Source of the DNA: Planctomycetota bacterium
GTDB taxonomy: Bacteria > Planctomycetota > UBA1135
Direction of reading: 5' to 3'
Length of the DNA: 64,000 nucleotides
Assembly (NCBI GenBank): GCA_030748415.1
Contig: JASMMA010000009.1
Location: forward strand, 45,194 to 109,193
The notes beneath the pieces are model-generated. The model did no database searches. It worked only from the letters and a program-made list of their open reading frames with translations, and had not been told where the DNA came from. Position numbers and translations under genes: made by a program. Below are positions 1 through 9,180 of the stretch, piece after piece; the stretch's first letter is position 1; each line of letters opens with the position of its first letter.

Positions 1-827
1 GGAGCAATGTTCAGGCCGCGCTTCAACATCCAAACTATTCCCTGGTGGAAGCGGATATCCGTGACCGCGATACCATGCAAGAGCTTATCGGAAAGGGTGG
101 TTTTGATGTCATCATGCACCTAGCGGCTCGTGCAGGTGTTCGCCCGTCCCTGGAGAACCCGGCTCTTTACTTTGATGTGAATGTTCAAGGTACCTTGTCC
201 TTGCTAGATGCCGTACGAAACACAAACCCCAATATTCGTTTCGTGATGGCTTCCTCCTCGAGCGTTTATGGTGGACTAACCCAAACACCTTTCTCCGAAA
301 CCGACGAAGTTTCTTGCCCGGTTTCCCCTTATGCAGCCAGCAAAAAATCTTGTGAAGTTCTGGCCTACACTTATCACCACCTATACAAGATTCCTATATC
401 TGCCCTTCGATTTTTTACCGTTTACGGCCCCCGCCAACGACCCGAGATGGCAATCGCTAAGTTCGCAAAAATCCTTCAAGAGAAGGGGTCCATTCCGATG
501 TTTGGCGATGGAAGCACAGCACGAGATTACACCTACATTGATGACATCATTGATGGCGTTGTGCGAGCGATGGAATGTTGCCAAGGGTACGAGGTTTACA
601 ACCTTGGCGAATCTCGCACCACCACCCTCGCCGATTTGATTTCCCAGATGGGGGAGGCATTTGGCGTTACTCCTCAAATCGAGGAGCTTCCTCTTCAGCC
701 GGGTGATGTCACCATTACCTATGCCAACATTGACAAGGCACGGGAACACTTAGGTTATGACCCACACACTTTGGTGGTGGATGGGCTTTCCAAGTACGCG
801 GAATGGTTGAGGGGAGGAGTTCGCTAG
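1..827 (+). CDS. NAD-dependent epimerase/dehydratase (UDP-glucuronate 4-epimerase-like), 5'-partial
   Basis: Frame is open from position 3. Motifs HLAARAGVRPS, SSSSVYG, YAASK (YxxxK), RFFTVYGPRQRP and RDYTYIDD. Confidence 0.9.
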   Translation, partial: SNVQAALQHPNYSLVEADIRDRDTMQELIGKGGFDVIMHLAARAGVRPSLENPALYFDVNVQGTLSLLDAVRNTNPNIRFVMASSSSVYGGLTQTPFSETDEVSCPVSPYAASKKSCEVLAYTYHHLYKIPISALRFFTVYGPRQRPEMAIAKFAKILQEKGSIPMFGDGSTARDYTYIDDIIDGVVRAMECCQGYEVYNLGESRTTTLADLISQMGEAFGVTPQIEELPLQPGDVTITYANIDKAREHLGYDPHTLVVDGLSKYAEWLRGGVR

Positions 828-2182
828 GCTCCTTCAATAAGCAGCTCACCCTGGAAAGTTTTTTCCTCACGAAGAACCCAGATGTTGGTGCCCGTGCGAA
901 CGAAGTCAGGTCCTCGCACCTGAGCAATCAAGCCTGAAAAGGTATCAAATTGTGCCCAATCTGGCTCGCCTTTGGGGTCTCGCACCATAATGGCGAGTAT
1001 GCGGTCCCCAGCTTGGAGGCCTAATTCTGCTGCATGAGTGTTTGGATAAACCCGAGTAACTTCTAAAACGCGCATGCGCTCGCGTTGTCGGCCATCGCGG
1101 TAATAAACCACACTGCGCTTTGCGTCGAAACCCATGAGGCCTCGCGTGTCCCTTTCTTTTGCAGGGGCAAGACGCAAGGTGCTATATCGTGCTCGACCAT
1201 TAGAGGATTGGAGCTTCATTCGGACCTGGTCCCCTTCGCTGAGCGGCAAAAGTTGGCTCGCATAAGAGCGCAAGTCCGATAGGTTTTCATCTTGAATTTC
1301 AAGAAGGACATCCCCAACTCTGACCTTCGCGTCGGATGCTGGTCCATTAGGGTTCACCGAAACCACGACCAAGCCCTCGGGGCGCTCTTCTACTTTCATG
1401 CCTGCCCAAAAGCGGGTCGAGTAATCTACATCCAACAACCTTTCGGAAAGGATTTCAGAAACGCGGTCCACAGGAATCGCAAAACCGATTCCATCGGCGG
1501 CCTCCATGGTTGCGGAATTGATTCCCACAAGCTCTCCCAAACTATTTAAGAGGGGCCCCCCGGAGTTGCCCGGGTTAATGGCGGCATCCGTTTGCAATAG
1601 GCCGGGCATTTCTTTGGCGCCGGATGGTGTTCGTACCGTGATATTTCGGTGGTAGCCCGAGAGGATGCCCGAAGTAATGGAGTGGTCATTTCCGAAAGGG
1701 GTCCCTATTGCAATCAGCTTCTCACCTTTGAGGAGGTCTTTGCTGGATCCAAGAGGAACGGAGCGGAAAGGTCCCGGCGATTCAATCTTTAGAAGGGCCA
1801 GGTCCCATTCAGGCGCTGCGTTTAAAAGTTTTGCTTCCAGGCGTTGTCCTCCAAACTCTTCCGCGAAGGAAACCCAGATATTTTCAACCACCATCCCAGG
1901 ACCTTCCGGCGCAGCTACATGAGCGTTGGTAATGACTAACCCGGTCGAATCAATAAGCACTCCAGTGCCTTGGCCCAACTGTCCTTCTTTGTGGCGGGTC
2001 CTCCCAAAGAAGTCCCTTTGCTGAATGGAGCCCTCCAATTCAATCGAAACCACTGCAGGGCCCGCTTGAGAATAAACTTCGGCCTCAACGGTCCACCTTT
2101 CGCCCAAAAGTTCAGATAGGCCCAGTTCATCGGTGGACAGCTCTTGGGGAGCGACAAGAAGAAGGGGGAGGATGGCTAGCAT
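824..2182 (-). CDS. HtrA/DegP-family serine protease with PDZ domains
   Basis: Catalytic triad motifs TNAHV, DLALL and TDAAINPGNSGGPL; two C-terminal PDZ-like segments; hydrophobic N-terminus. Confidence 0.92.
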   Translation of the reverse strand: MLAILPLLLVAPQELSTDELGLSELLGERWTVEAEVYSQAGPAVVSIELEGSIQQRDFFGRTRHKEGQLGQGTGVLIDSTGLVITNAHVAAPEGPGMVVENIWVSFAEEFGGQRLEAKLLNAAPEWDLALLKIESPGPFRSVPLGSSKDLLKGEKLIAIGTPFGNDHSITSGILSGYHRNITVRTPSGAKEMPGLLQTDAAINPGNSGGPLLNSLGELVGINSATMEAADGIGFAIPVDRVSEILSERLLDVDYSTRFWAGMKVEERPEGLVVVSVNPNGPASDAKVRVGDVLLEIQDENLSDLRSYASQLLPLSEGDQVRMKLQSSNGRARYSTLRLAPAKERDTRGLMGFDAKRSVVYYRDGRQRERMRVLEVTRVYPNTHAAELGLQAGDRILAIMVRDPKGEPDWAQFDTFSGLIAQVRGPDFVRTGTNIWVLREEKTFQGELLIEGA

Positions 2183-2232
2183 TATGACCAGATTACGAAA
2201 ATGGAGCCCTGGGCGTTGGCTATGCTTTCTTT

Positions 2233-3060
2233 ATGGCGCATTTCAGTTTGGCTAGTTTGCTAAGTACCGCTCGGAAACTGGGGCTTTCCGGGTCCGCATC
2301 CCAAATGGCATGGTCGTTTATGTTGGCTCTTTTCCCTTCTCTAATTCTTCTTGTGGCCGGTTTGGACTTGCTTCCGCTTGAAAAGCGGCTCGATTCAGTC
2401 ACCTCCGACCTTATTTCAGGAGTCTCTCCTGAAGTCGCCGAGCTTTTGTCCACTTTTATAGTCGATTTTGCCCACCATCGCCCCTCGGCCGGCATCTTCC
2501 TTTGGCTCATTCCTGCTCTTTGGGCTTCTTCTCGTGGCGTTCGTGCAGCTCGTCAGGGGCTTCAAAAGATTTACGGGGTTGCCCCAAAGGGTCGGTGGCT
2601 TCCCACGCGGCTTCTAGATTTGCTTTGGTCCGCCCTTGCCCTCATCCTTACGGGCTTAGGATTCCTTGCCCTAATTTTGGGGCCACAACTTCTTGAGTTT
2701 TTCGGTTCCTTCCTCCGCTTGGAAACCTTCTTTTCTTATTTGAGTACTTACTTTCGCTGGCCCTTCATTTTCCTCTTCCTTTCCACAATTTCTTGCTTGG
2801 CAATTCGCATTCTGCCCGGAGCTCCTTTGACTGGAAAGGCTTGGCTTTCTGGTTCCGCTCTAACTCTAGGATGCTGGCTTCTACTTGGGCTCTCCTTTCG
2901 ATTCTGGCTGGAGCACTTGGGGCACTTTGAAAAGATTTACGGAAGCCTCGCCTCCTTTTTCATACTCATGTTTTTACTCTGGCTGATATCGTGGACTTTA
3001 CTCCTTGGCGGGTTGCTTGCAGCAAACCTTCACCCGTCTGCAGCATCTAAGGAGTCTTAA
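2233..3060 (+). CDS. YihY/virulence factor BrkB family membrane protein
   Basis: About 6 TM segments; AWSFMLALFP, LWASSRG and IYGSLAS..ILMFLLW motifs. Confidence 0.85.
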   Translation: MAHFSLASLLSTARKLGLSGSASQMAWSFMLALFPSLILLVAGLDLLPLEKRLDSVTSDLISGVSPEVAELLSTFIVDFAHHRPSAGIFLWLIPALWASSRGVRAARQGLQKIYGVAPKGRWLPTRLLDLLWSALALILTGLGFLALILGPQLLEFFGSFLRLETFFSYLSTYFRWPFIFLFLSTISCLAIRILPGAPLTGKAWLSGSALTLGCWLLLGLSFRFWLEHLGHFEKIYGSLASFFILMFLLWLISWTLLLGGLLAANLHPSAASKES

Positions 3061-3098
3061 TTCAGACACACTCTTCTTGGGGTCGGTTGAAAATAGGA

Positions 3099-3175
3099 TG
3101 GTGGGCGTTACAGGACTTGAACCTGTGACCCCCAGCTTGTCGAGCTGGTGCTCTAGCCAACTGAGCTAAACGCCC
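3099..3175 (-). tRNA. tRNA-Val(GAC)
   Basis: Cloverleaf GGGCGTTTAGCTCAG...; anticodon arm CCAGC-TC GAC AA-GCTGG; GGTTCAAGT T-arm; encoded CCA. Confidence 0.97.
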
Positions 3176-3191
3176 ATCCGGGCGCGAAAGT

Positions 3192-4409
3192 TTAGCGGTC
3201 TCCCTCTCGGATGGAAAGGGCTCTTTCATGCCATTCGTCATAAAGAGCCAAATCGCGGCCGTCGGCGGTCAGGCGACCACGGAGGTACTCGAGAGCGTCA
3301 TCAAACCAGTCATTTTCCACCAATCGCTCGGCGTTGAAGCGACGCCGCTTCTTCGTGGAGCCGGGCAAGGGGTCCATTCGGGTTTGAGCAAGAAGAATTC
3401 GAGAAGCCCGCGATAAGGCAAAGCGGGGAAGTCGAGCCCGCTGTTGAATTTTGTGCAAAATCTCCGAAACAAGCTGTGGGGGCTCCCGCATGGAGAGAGT
3501 GCGCGTTTCCGGATTTAACTCATCCTCTACATAAGGTCCATACAGGATGGCTAGGCGCAAGGAATAGCACGGTTCACCACCCTCTCCAACCCATTGGTCT
3601 AAGACGCGCAAGCGTGCCAGAAGTCGATCAAAATTCTTTTCCCCACGATTCATCCAGCGAGTTAGTTCGGGGAGAAGAGTCTTGAAGAGGTTTAATGCCC
3701 GGAGGTCTTGGAATACTCCTTCGGAATCACCTGTTTGAAGTAATCGAAAAACTTCTTCCATCAGGCGTGGGGGTGGAGCTTCCAAGAGGTGCGCGCATTC
3801 AGTCCGTGCAGCTTCGATTTCCTCCTTGCCAGGAGAAAACTCTAAGCGGCGCATAAATTTAATGAGCCGCAAAACGCGGACGGGGTCTTCACGAAAACGA
3901 ACCTTGGGGTCGCCAAGGGAATGAAGCACTTCATGCTTCAAATCCTCCATGCCACTAGCCCAGTCCAATATTTCGTTCCCAACAGGGTCCATGAAAAGAG
4001 CGTTGACCGTGAAATCACGTCGTAGGGCATCTTCGCGTGCGCTACCGTAAGCGTTGTCATCTGCCAAAATTCGGGTATCGGATTGGGACTTCCCATTCGT
4101 TTTTGGTTGCCGCCTAAAGGTGGAGACTTCATAGATTTCTCGCCCGACATAAACATGCACCAGTTTGAATCGGCGACCAATAATTCGCGAGCGGCGGAAT
4201 AACTTCCTAATAGCATTCGGCTTTGCCGAAGTCGCAATATCAAAGTCTTTGGGATTTCTCCCAAGCAACAAGTCTCGTACGCAACCTCCCACTAAATAGG
4301 CTTCGTGTCCCGCTTTTTGAAGGCGGCGGACAATATCCGTTGCTCGGCGGTCGAGGCGCCGATGCGAGAACGGAACCTTGTAATGCCGTGGGGCCTTTGG
4401 GGGAGTCAC
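3192..4409 (-). CDS. pcnB: Poly(A) polymerase I
   Basis: LVGGCVRDLL, DFDI, RRDFTVNAL and EDPVR, plus the PAP-specific signature IIGRRFKLVHV that separates it from CCA-adding enzymes. Confidence 0.9.
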   Translation of the reverse strand: MTPPKAPRHYKVPFSHRRLDRRATDIVRRLQKAGHEAYLVGGCVRDLLLGRNPKDFDIATSAKPNAIRKLFRRSRIIGRRFKLVHVYVGREIYEVSTFRRQPKTNGKSQSDTRILADDNAYGSAREDALRRDFTVNALFMDPVGNEILDWASGMEDLKHEVLHSLGDPKVRFREDPVRVLRLIKFMRRLEFSPGKEEIEAARTECAHLLEAPPPRLMEEVFRLLQTGDSEGVFQDLRALNLFKTLLPELTRWMNRGEKNFDRLLARLRVLDQWVGEGGEPCYSLRLAILYGPYVEDELNPETRTLSMREPPQLVSEILHKIQQRARLPRFALSRASRILLAQTRMDPLPGSTKKRRRFNAERLVENDWFDDALEYLRGRLTADGRDLALYDEWHERALSIREGDR

Positions 4410-4430
4410 TAATTTAAGGATACGGGCGCT

Positions 4431-5129
4431 TTATCGAGGTTTGAAAACCGCTAGATATCGATTGCCGCGTTCACCTAGTGAATATCGATGGCGTGCAGGC
4501 AAAACCCAAGAGCTTTTAGTGGCCTCCGGCAACTCTTCCCAGTCCTGTTCCCAGCTAGGGCCTGCCATAAGAAACAAAGAACCAAAGCGCACTCTGTTTC
4601 TGCGAATGCGTTTGAGTAGCTTGGGCAAAGGCTCCACCGCACGAGCCACCATGATGTCCGGCCGTTCTTCATGCTTCAATTCCTCTTCGGCTTGGCCGTG
4701 AAGAACCTCCACATTGGTGAGTTCTAAACGAACTGCAGCCTCTTCTAAGAAACCGGCCTTCTTTCCGTTCCGCTCAGCGAGCAAGATTCTTTTCTCGGGA
4801 AACAAAATGGCCCAAACCAAGCCAGGTAAACCACCTCCCGAACCCCAGTCCAAAATGGTGCGAGCATCCTGGGGCACGAAACTGGCTGCGGCGGCGCAAT
4901 CCAGAATGTGAGGGAAGAGGGCATCCCAGTCACGGGGCCCCATTAAGCGGGCCACCGTGTTTCCGGCCAATAAGTAGGCTCCGTATTCCTCCATACGGGC
5001 AAGAGGCCCATCGGGTGGGTCAGCAAACTCAGCGATTTGGTCTCGCAAAAGACCCATATCCACCGGGTTCGCAGGCACAATGGCCTCGAGGGCGTCGTCG
5101 GGAATGCCGGGGAAAGACAAATTCGTCAA
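4431..5129 (-). CDS. rsmG: 16S rRNA m7G527 methyltransferase
   Basis: HILD, LDWGSGGGLPG, ERNGKKAGFL and VARAV motifs. Start moved to TTG 5129 (or 5120) because the listed ORF runs into tRNA-Trp. Confidence 0.88.
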   Translation of the reverse strand: MTNLSFPGIPDDALEAIVPANPVDMGLLRDQIAEFADPPDGPLARMEEYGAYLLAGNTVARLMGPRDWDALFPHILDCAAAASFVPQDARTILDWGSGGGLPGLVWAILFPEKRILLAERNGKKAGFLEEAAVRLELTNVEVLHGQAEEELKHEERPDIMVARAVEPLPKLLKRIRRNRVRFGSLFLMAGPSWEQDWEELPEATKSSWVLPARHRYSLGERGNRYLAVFKPR

Positions 5130-5137
5130 AGTAGGGG

Positions 5138-5214
5138 TGGCAGGGCAGGAGGGACTCGAACCCCCAACATGCGGTTTTGGAAACCGCCGCTCTACCAATT
5201 AGAGCTACTGCCCT
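5138..5214 (-). tRNA. tRNA-Trp(CCA)
   Basis: AGGGCAG acceptor stem; anticodon arm GCGGT-TT CCA AA-ACCGC; GGTTCGAGT; CCA end. Confidence 0.97.
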
Positions 5215-5225
5215 GTGTTCGAGCC

Positions 5226-5312
5226 TGGTGCCGAAAGGGGGAGTTGAACCCCCACGACCCAAGGGTCACAGGCACCTGAAGCCTGCGCGTCTGCCAATTC
5301 CGCCATTTCGGC
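5226..5312 (-). tRNA. tRNA-Leu(CAG)
   Basis: GCCGAAATGGCGGAATTGGCAGACGCG; anticodon arm CAGGC-TT CAG GT-GCCTG; long variable arm; CCA end. Confidence 0.97.
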
Positions 5313-5365
5313 TTCGACCCGATTTGGGGCGCATAAGATAGGGGTTCCCCAGCCCCTGTGCAAGG

Positions 5366-5824
5366 ATGTCAGAAAAGGAGCGCCCCGTTACGGAAGTCGC
5401 TGTGAACCGAAAGGCTCACCGCAACTACGAGATTCTCGAAAAGCTCGAGGTGGGGATTGCTTTGTCTGGAACCGAGGTCAAAACTCTTCGAAATGGGCAA
5501 ATCAGCCTAGATGAAGCCTTTGTGAAGCTTCAGGATGACGGGTTCTGGCTCATTGGTGCCCATGTCGCTGAGTATGTTGAAGGCAATATCTTCAATCATG
5601 AGCCAACTCGGCCCAGACGGCTTCTAGCTCATGCCCGTGAGGCAAAAAAACTTGGCAAAAAGGCCAAAGAAAAGGGTTTGACCCTGATTCCGCTTCGGGT
5701 TTATTTCCGGGGCAAGTGGGCAAAGCTGGAAATTGCTCTTGCCCGCGGAAGACGCCTCCACGATAAGCGCCAAGTCATGCGAAAACGCGAAGATCAGCGG
5801 GCAATTCGGGGCATAAGGAGGTAG
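5366..5824 (+). CDS. smpB: SsrA-binding protein
   Basis: NRKA..NY, GIALSGTEVK, R.RRLL.H, GLTLIPL and DKR motifs; adjacent to tmRNA. Confidence 0.97.
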   Translation: MSEKERPVTEVAVNRKAHRNYEILEKLEVGIALSGTEVKTLRNGQISLDEAFVKLQDDGFWLIGAHVAEYVEGNIFNHEPTRPRRLLAHAREAKKLGKKAKEKGLTLIPLRVYFRGKWAKLEIALARGRRLHDKRQVMRKREDQRAIRGIRR

Positions 5825-5846
5825 AATAGATTTCCTCTTTTGGAAT

Positions 5847-6199
5847 GGGGGCGATCGGTTTCGACTGGCTGCTTTACTTTCCGAGGTTGCATGCCGAGGT
5901 TGTCAGGAGGCCTCGTTAAACCCCTGGCAAAGGCTTTAACTGCCAATAATAACTACGCTTACGCTGCCTAATAACGGTAGCTCGCTGTTGAGGCCCTCGC
6001 CCGAGGGGTTTCTTCAGCGCTGAAATTCGGGCTGGCGCGTTGCTGTGCCTGGGTGCAACGCGTGAGAATTCACAGGCTGGCGGTCGGGTCTGCTTGTCTT
6101 CTGGTGTGCCCGCCCGCGAGATGAATCGGAAGACTATGCATGTAGACGCCCGGCGAGAAACTGTTCAGGACGCGGGTTCGATTCCCGCCGCCTCCACCA
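5847..6199 (+). ncRNA. ssrA: tmRNA; tag peptide ANNNYAYAA (5942-5971)
   Basis: 5' GGGGGCGATCGGTTTCGAC; 3' GGGTTCGATTCCCGCCGCCTCCACCA; internal tag ORF GCC AAT AAT AAC TAC GCT TAC GCT GCC TAA TAA. Confidence 0.97.
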
Positions 6200-6246
6200 T
6201 CCCAAGAGAGTGGAAACAGCCCCCTCCTTGGGGCTACACTCGGAAA

Positions 6247-7026
6247 GTGGTGAAAGTTCCCCTCCGTGCTTTGAGTGTTCGGTTTTTCTTTGGCAGCGTT
6301 CTTGTGCTTTTTAGCGCTTGCGGTGTTCCCACCGAAAAACTGATCTCGGATTTTGCGGCCATTCACCGCACAGATAATTTTTCTCCCCAATCTCCTGCGG
6401 CCATGTGGTATCCCCCAGATTCCTGGTCACCGGATGCAAAAGCTCGGCCAACTCGCATTGGCTCCCTGACTGAGTACGATGTTGAGGACCATCGACAGTT
6501 GGATCAATGGATGCTGAACTGGATGGCCTCGATTCCTGTTTCTCAAACTGAAGATGCGCTCGAAATTTCCGGCTGGCTCATCTTGACGGTTTTGCACGAT
6601 GAATATCCAGAATCCCGCCTTCAAGCTGCTGCCATTTTGGCCCAACTTGCTTCAAACTGGCTGAAAGAAATCCCTTTCAAGCCTTCTCATCAAATGGATG
6701 GTGATCTCGCGGCGGCAATTCATTCGATTATGGAGTCAGGTGGTGGAGCGCCCGACTCCGCAACTCCCATCGCGATGGAAGCCTCTTACGCATTGTTGGA
6801 CCGCTCACCTTTATTGGAGCCTAATTCTACAGCGCGACTCGTGGTAGGGCTTGGGCGGCACTTGCGGCGAACGGATTACCTTCCCGATTCCATTCGACCC
6901 TATTTAGCGCGACTGGGCATTCGCGCAGTCCTTCAAACACTGGAAGCGGGAACAAAAGACCCCACGACTGAAGTAGCCTCTGCCTGCCAAATTCGCTTGG
7001 ACCTTCTTCGCGCGCACCTGCCCTAG
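6247..7026 (+). CDS. Hypothetical lipoprotein with helical/HEAT-like repeats
   Basis: GTG start after tmRNA; signal ending in lipobox VLFSA-C; HEAT-like segments such as DEYPESRLQAAAILAQL. Confidence 0.65.
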   Translation: MVKVPLRALSVRFFFGSVLVLFSACGVPTEKLISDFAAIHRTDNFSPQSPAAMWYPPDSWSPDAKARPTRIGSLTEYDVEDHRQLDQWMLNWMASIPVSQTEDALEISGWLILTVLHDEYPESRLQAAAILAQLASNWLKEIPFKPSHQMDGDLAAAIHSIMESGGGAPDSATPIAMEASYALLDRSPLLEPNSTARLVVGLGRHLRRTDYLPDSIRPYLARLGIRAVLQTLEAGTKDPTTEVASACQIRLDLLRAHLP

Positions 7027-7034
7027 GAAGAATC

Positions 7035-8159
7035 GTGAAGTCCTCTTGGCTCTTCCTTCTTATAAAAGTTGGACTCGTTCTTGGCCTTGCTTGGTATGTG
7101 ACTCAGCAAGTCGAAACCCGTGACCGAATTTTAACTGAAAAAGGAAACCTTGCTTCCGAGTTGGTGGGAAGACTAGAAGGGAATTGGCAAGAAGCGGATT
7201 GGATTTTTCACCAAGAAGGTGAGTCCCCACTAAGCTTTGGCGACTTCCCTGAAAAGGTGGAACTGCGCCCTGGATTTTTCACTTTATTGAGAGGAATCCG
7301 TTTTGAATTTTATTTCTTTGGGATTGCTTCTTGGTTTTGCCTCTTACTGATTGTCACTAAGCGGTGGCAAATCCTCTTAAATGCCGCAGATGTTCCTTTG
7401 AGTTATCTTCGCGCTTTCCGGCTCTGCTTTATTGGTTACTTTTTCAATAATGTGATGCCTGGTTTGACCGGCGGCGACTTGGTGCGTGCAGTTATGGTCG
7501 CCAGGGGAGCCGAAGAAAAAAAAGCTCGTGCTGCTGTGACCGTTTTTGTGGACCGCCTCATTGGTTTGATGGGATTGCTCATTCTTGGTGCTTTAGTTCT
7601 TTCTTTTGCACCGCCTCATTTTTCAGGAGGGGAAAAGCCTTTGTCTCAAGTGCGTTTTGCCGCTTTTGGTTTTCTTGCATTCGGGTTTTTGGGGGCTTGG
7701 GCTTACCAATCGAAAAACCTCCGCAAATTCTTTCGATTGGACTCTCTTCTTCAGCGGCTTCCCTTTCGCGACAAGATTCAAAGTCTAGATGAGGCGCTGA
7801 CTCTCTACCGTGCGCGGCGTGACTCGCTGGCAATTGCCCTTCTATTGTCCATTCTCCTTCAAGCCTTTGGAGTGATGGCCTTTTGGGCAATGGGCGTAGC
7901 TTTAGGGTCCACGCTATCTGCCTTGGATAACTTCGCAGTCTTCCCGATTGTGCAAACGGTTTCTTCAATTCCCATTTCCCCTGCTGGATGGGGAATCGGT
8001 GAAACCCTTTATGGCCGTTTCTTTAGCGGCTTAGGTTCCACCTTCACACTGGGTGTTGCTGTCTCCATTCTCTTTCGCTTAACAACTCAGGTGGGCTTCG
8101 GACTTCTCGGTGGTCTGGCATGGCTCAGCTCTCGCTCCTCTAAAAAAACAAAGACTTGA
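7035..8159 (+). CDS. Lysylphosphatidylglycerol synthase TM-domain (UPF0104) flippase-like protein
   Basis: RWQILL, GYFFNNVMPGLTGGDLVRA, DRLIGL and PISPAGWGIGE motifs; multiple TM segments. Confidence 0.88.
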   Translation: MKSSWLFLLIKVGLVLGLAWYVTQQVETRDRILTEKGNLASELVGRLEGNWQEADWIFHQEGESPLSFGDFPEKVELRPGFFTLLRGIRFEFYFFGIASWFCLLLIVTKRWQILLNAADVPLSYLRAFRLCFIGYFFNNVMPGLTGGDLVRAVMVARGAEEKKARAAVTVFVDRLIGLMGLLILGALVLSFAPPHFSGGEKPLSQVRFAAFGFLAFGFLGAWAYQSKNLRKFFRLDSLLQRLPFRDKIQSLDEALTLYRARRDSLAIALLLSILLQAFGVMAFWAMGVALGSTLSALDNFAVFPIVQTVSSIPISPAGWGIGETLYGRFFSGLGSTFTLGVAVSILFRLTTQVGFGLLGGLAWLSSRSSKKTKT

Positions 8160-8160
8160 A

Positions 8161-9057
8161 ATGACTTTAACTGTAGTTGGCTCCATTGGCATTGACACTG
8201 TCGAGACCCCATTTGGAAAGGTAGAAGATGTCCCCGGTGGCAGTGCTTTATATTTTTCTTTAGCGGCTTCTCATTTCACCAAGGTGCAAGTTGCTGCAAA
8301 CCTTGGGACCGACTTTCCAGAAAGCGCCTGGAATCCCGTTCGTTCCCGCGGTGGCGACTTGAATGGTTTGCGTGTTTTTGAAGATCAGGGAACTTTTCGT
8401 TGGTCGGGTTCTTATATGGGGGATATGAATGAAGCCCAAACCCTCTTAACTGAATTGAATGTTTTGGCTGAACCACCTGTTGTTCCGGCTGCGTACCAAG
8501 GTTGTTCCTTCGCCTTTCTGGCCAACATGGGGACGGATGTTCAGTTGCGTATGTTGGAAGAGCTGAAGGCGGACACGGTCTTTGCCGACACGATGAATTT
8601 ATGGATTGATACTCAGCGAGAAAACCTGGACGAACTTCTTAGCAAGATTGATGGCTTCATCCTGAACGATGCCGAAGCTCGAATGCTGACCGGAGAGACG
8701 AATCTCATCCGGGCGGGTTCGGCCTTATTAAAGATGGGGCCCAAAATCGTTATTTTGAAGAAAGGTGAGCATGGGGCATTCCTGTTTACCGATAATTTTC
8801 ACTTTGCCTTGCCGTCCTATCCAACTGCACGGGTAGTGGACCCCACTGGAGCTGGGGACTCTTTTGCAGGGGGCTTTTTGGGTTCTTTGGCTGAAATGGG
8901 AGAGTTGAAGCCAGATAACCTTCGCCGAGCAATGGCCTACGGAACGGTTGCTGCCTCCATGACGGTGGAAGAGTTTTCCACAAAAGCCTTAGCTGAATGC
9001 AATCGGGAAGCACTGGACAACCGGTTCTCTGAGCTGTGTGATTTCGTGAGAATCTAG
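8161..9057 (+). CDS. PfkB-family carbohydrate/nucleoside kinase
   Basis: GGSALY, NDAEAR, KKGEHG and PfkB signature DPTGAGDSFAGGF; ATG at 8161. Confidence 0.92.
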   Translation: MTLTVVGSIGIDTVETPFGKVEDVPGGSALYFSLAASHFTKVQVAANLGTDFPESAWNPVRSRGGDLNGLRVFEDQGTFRWSGSYMGDMNEAQTLLTELNVLAEPPVVPAAYQGCSFAFLANMGTDVQLRMLEELKADTVFADTMNLWIDTQRENLDELLSKIDGFILNDAEARMLTGETNLIRAGSALLKMGPKIVILKKGEHGAFLFTDNFHFALPSYPTARVVDPTGAGDSFAGGFLGSLAEMGELKPDNLRRAMAYGTVAASMTVEEFSTKALAECNREALDNRFSELCDFVRI

Positions 9058-9118
9058 AAAGTTGCTAAATAGTGTGTACGAAAATCCAAGAAAATCGTCT
9101 ACTTTTTCGCCTGATTCC

Positions 9119-9146
9119 TTGAATCGGATTCCTTCATTCCTATACT
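9119..9146 (+). promoter_or_regulatory. Sigma70-type promoter of recA
   Basis: TTGAAT (9119-9124), 16 nt spacer, TATACT (9141-9146). Confidence 0.55.
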
Positions 9147-9164
9147 GAAACCCAAACAAAACCC

Positions 9165-9176
9165 GAACAGGAGTTC
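9165..9176. promoter_or_regulatory. Candidate LexA/SOS operator GAAC-AGGA-GTTC overlapping the recA RBS
   Basis: Exact GAAC-N4-GTTC palindrome between the predicted -10 box and the recA TTG start. Confidence 0.5.
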
Positions 9177-9180
9177 ACCC

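Noticed and set aside
5029-5279. ORFs spanning tRNA-Trp/tRNA-Leu and the rsmG extension to 5198
   Set aside because: They are translations of tRNA sequence.
6040-6246. N-terminal extension of ORF 6040..7026
   Set aside because: It lies within the tmRNA gene; the better start is GTG 6247, which gives a signal peptide and lipobox.
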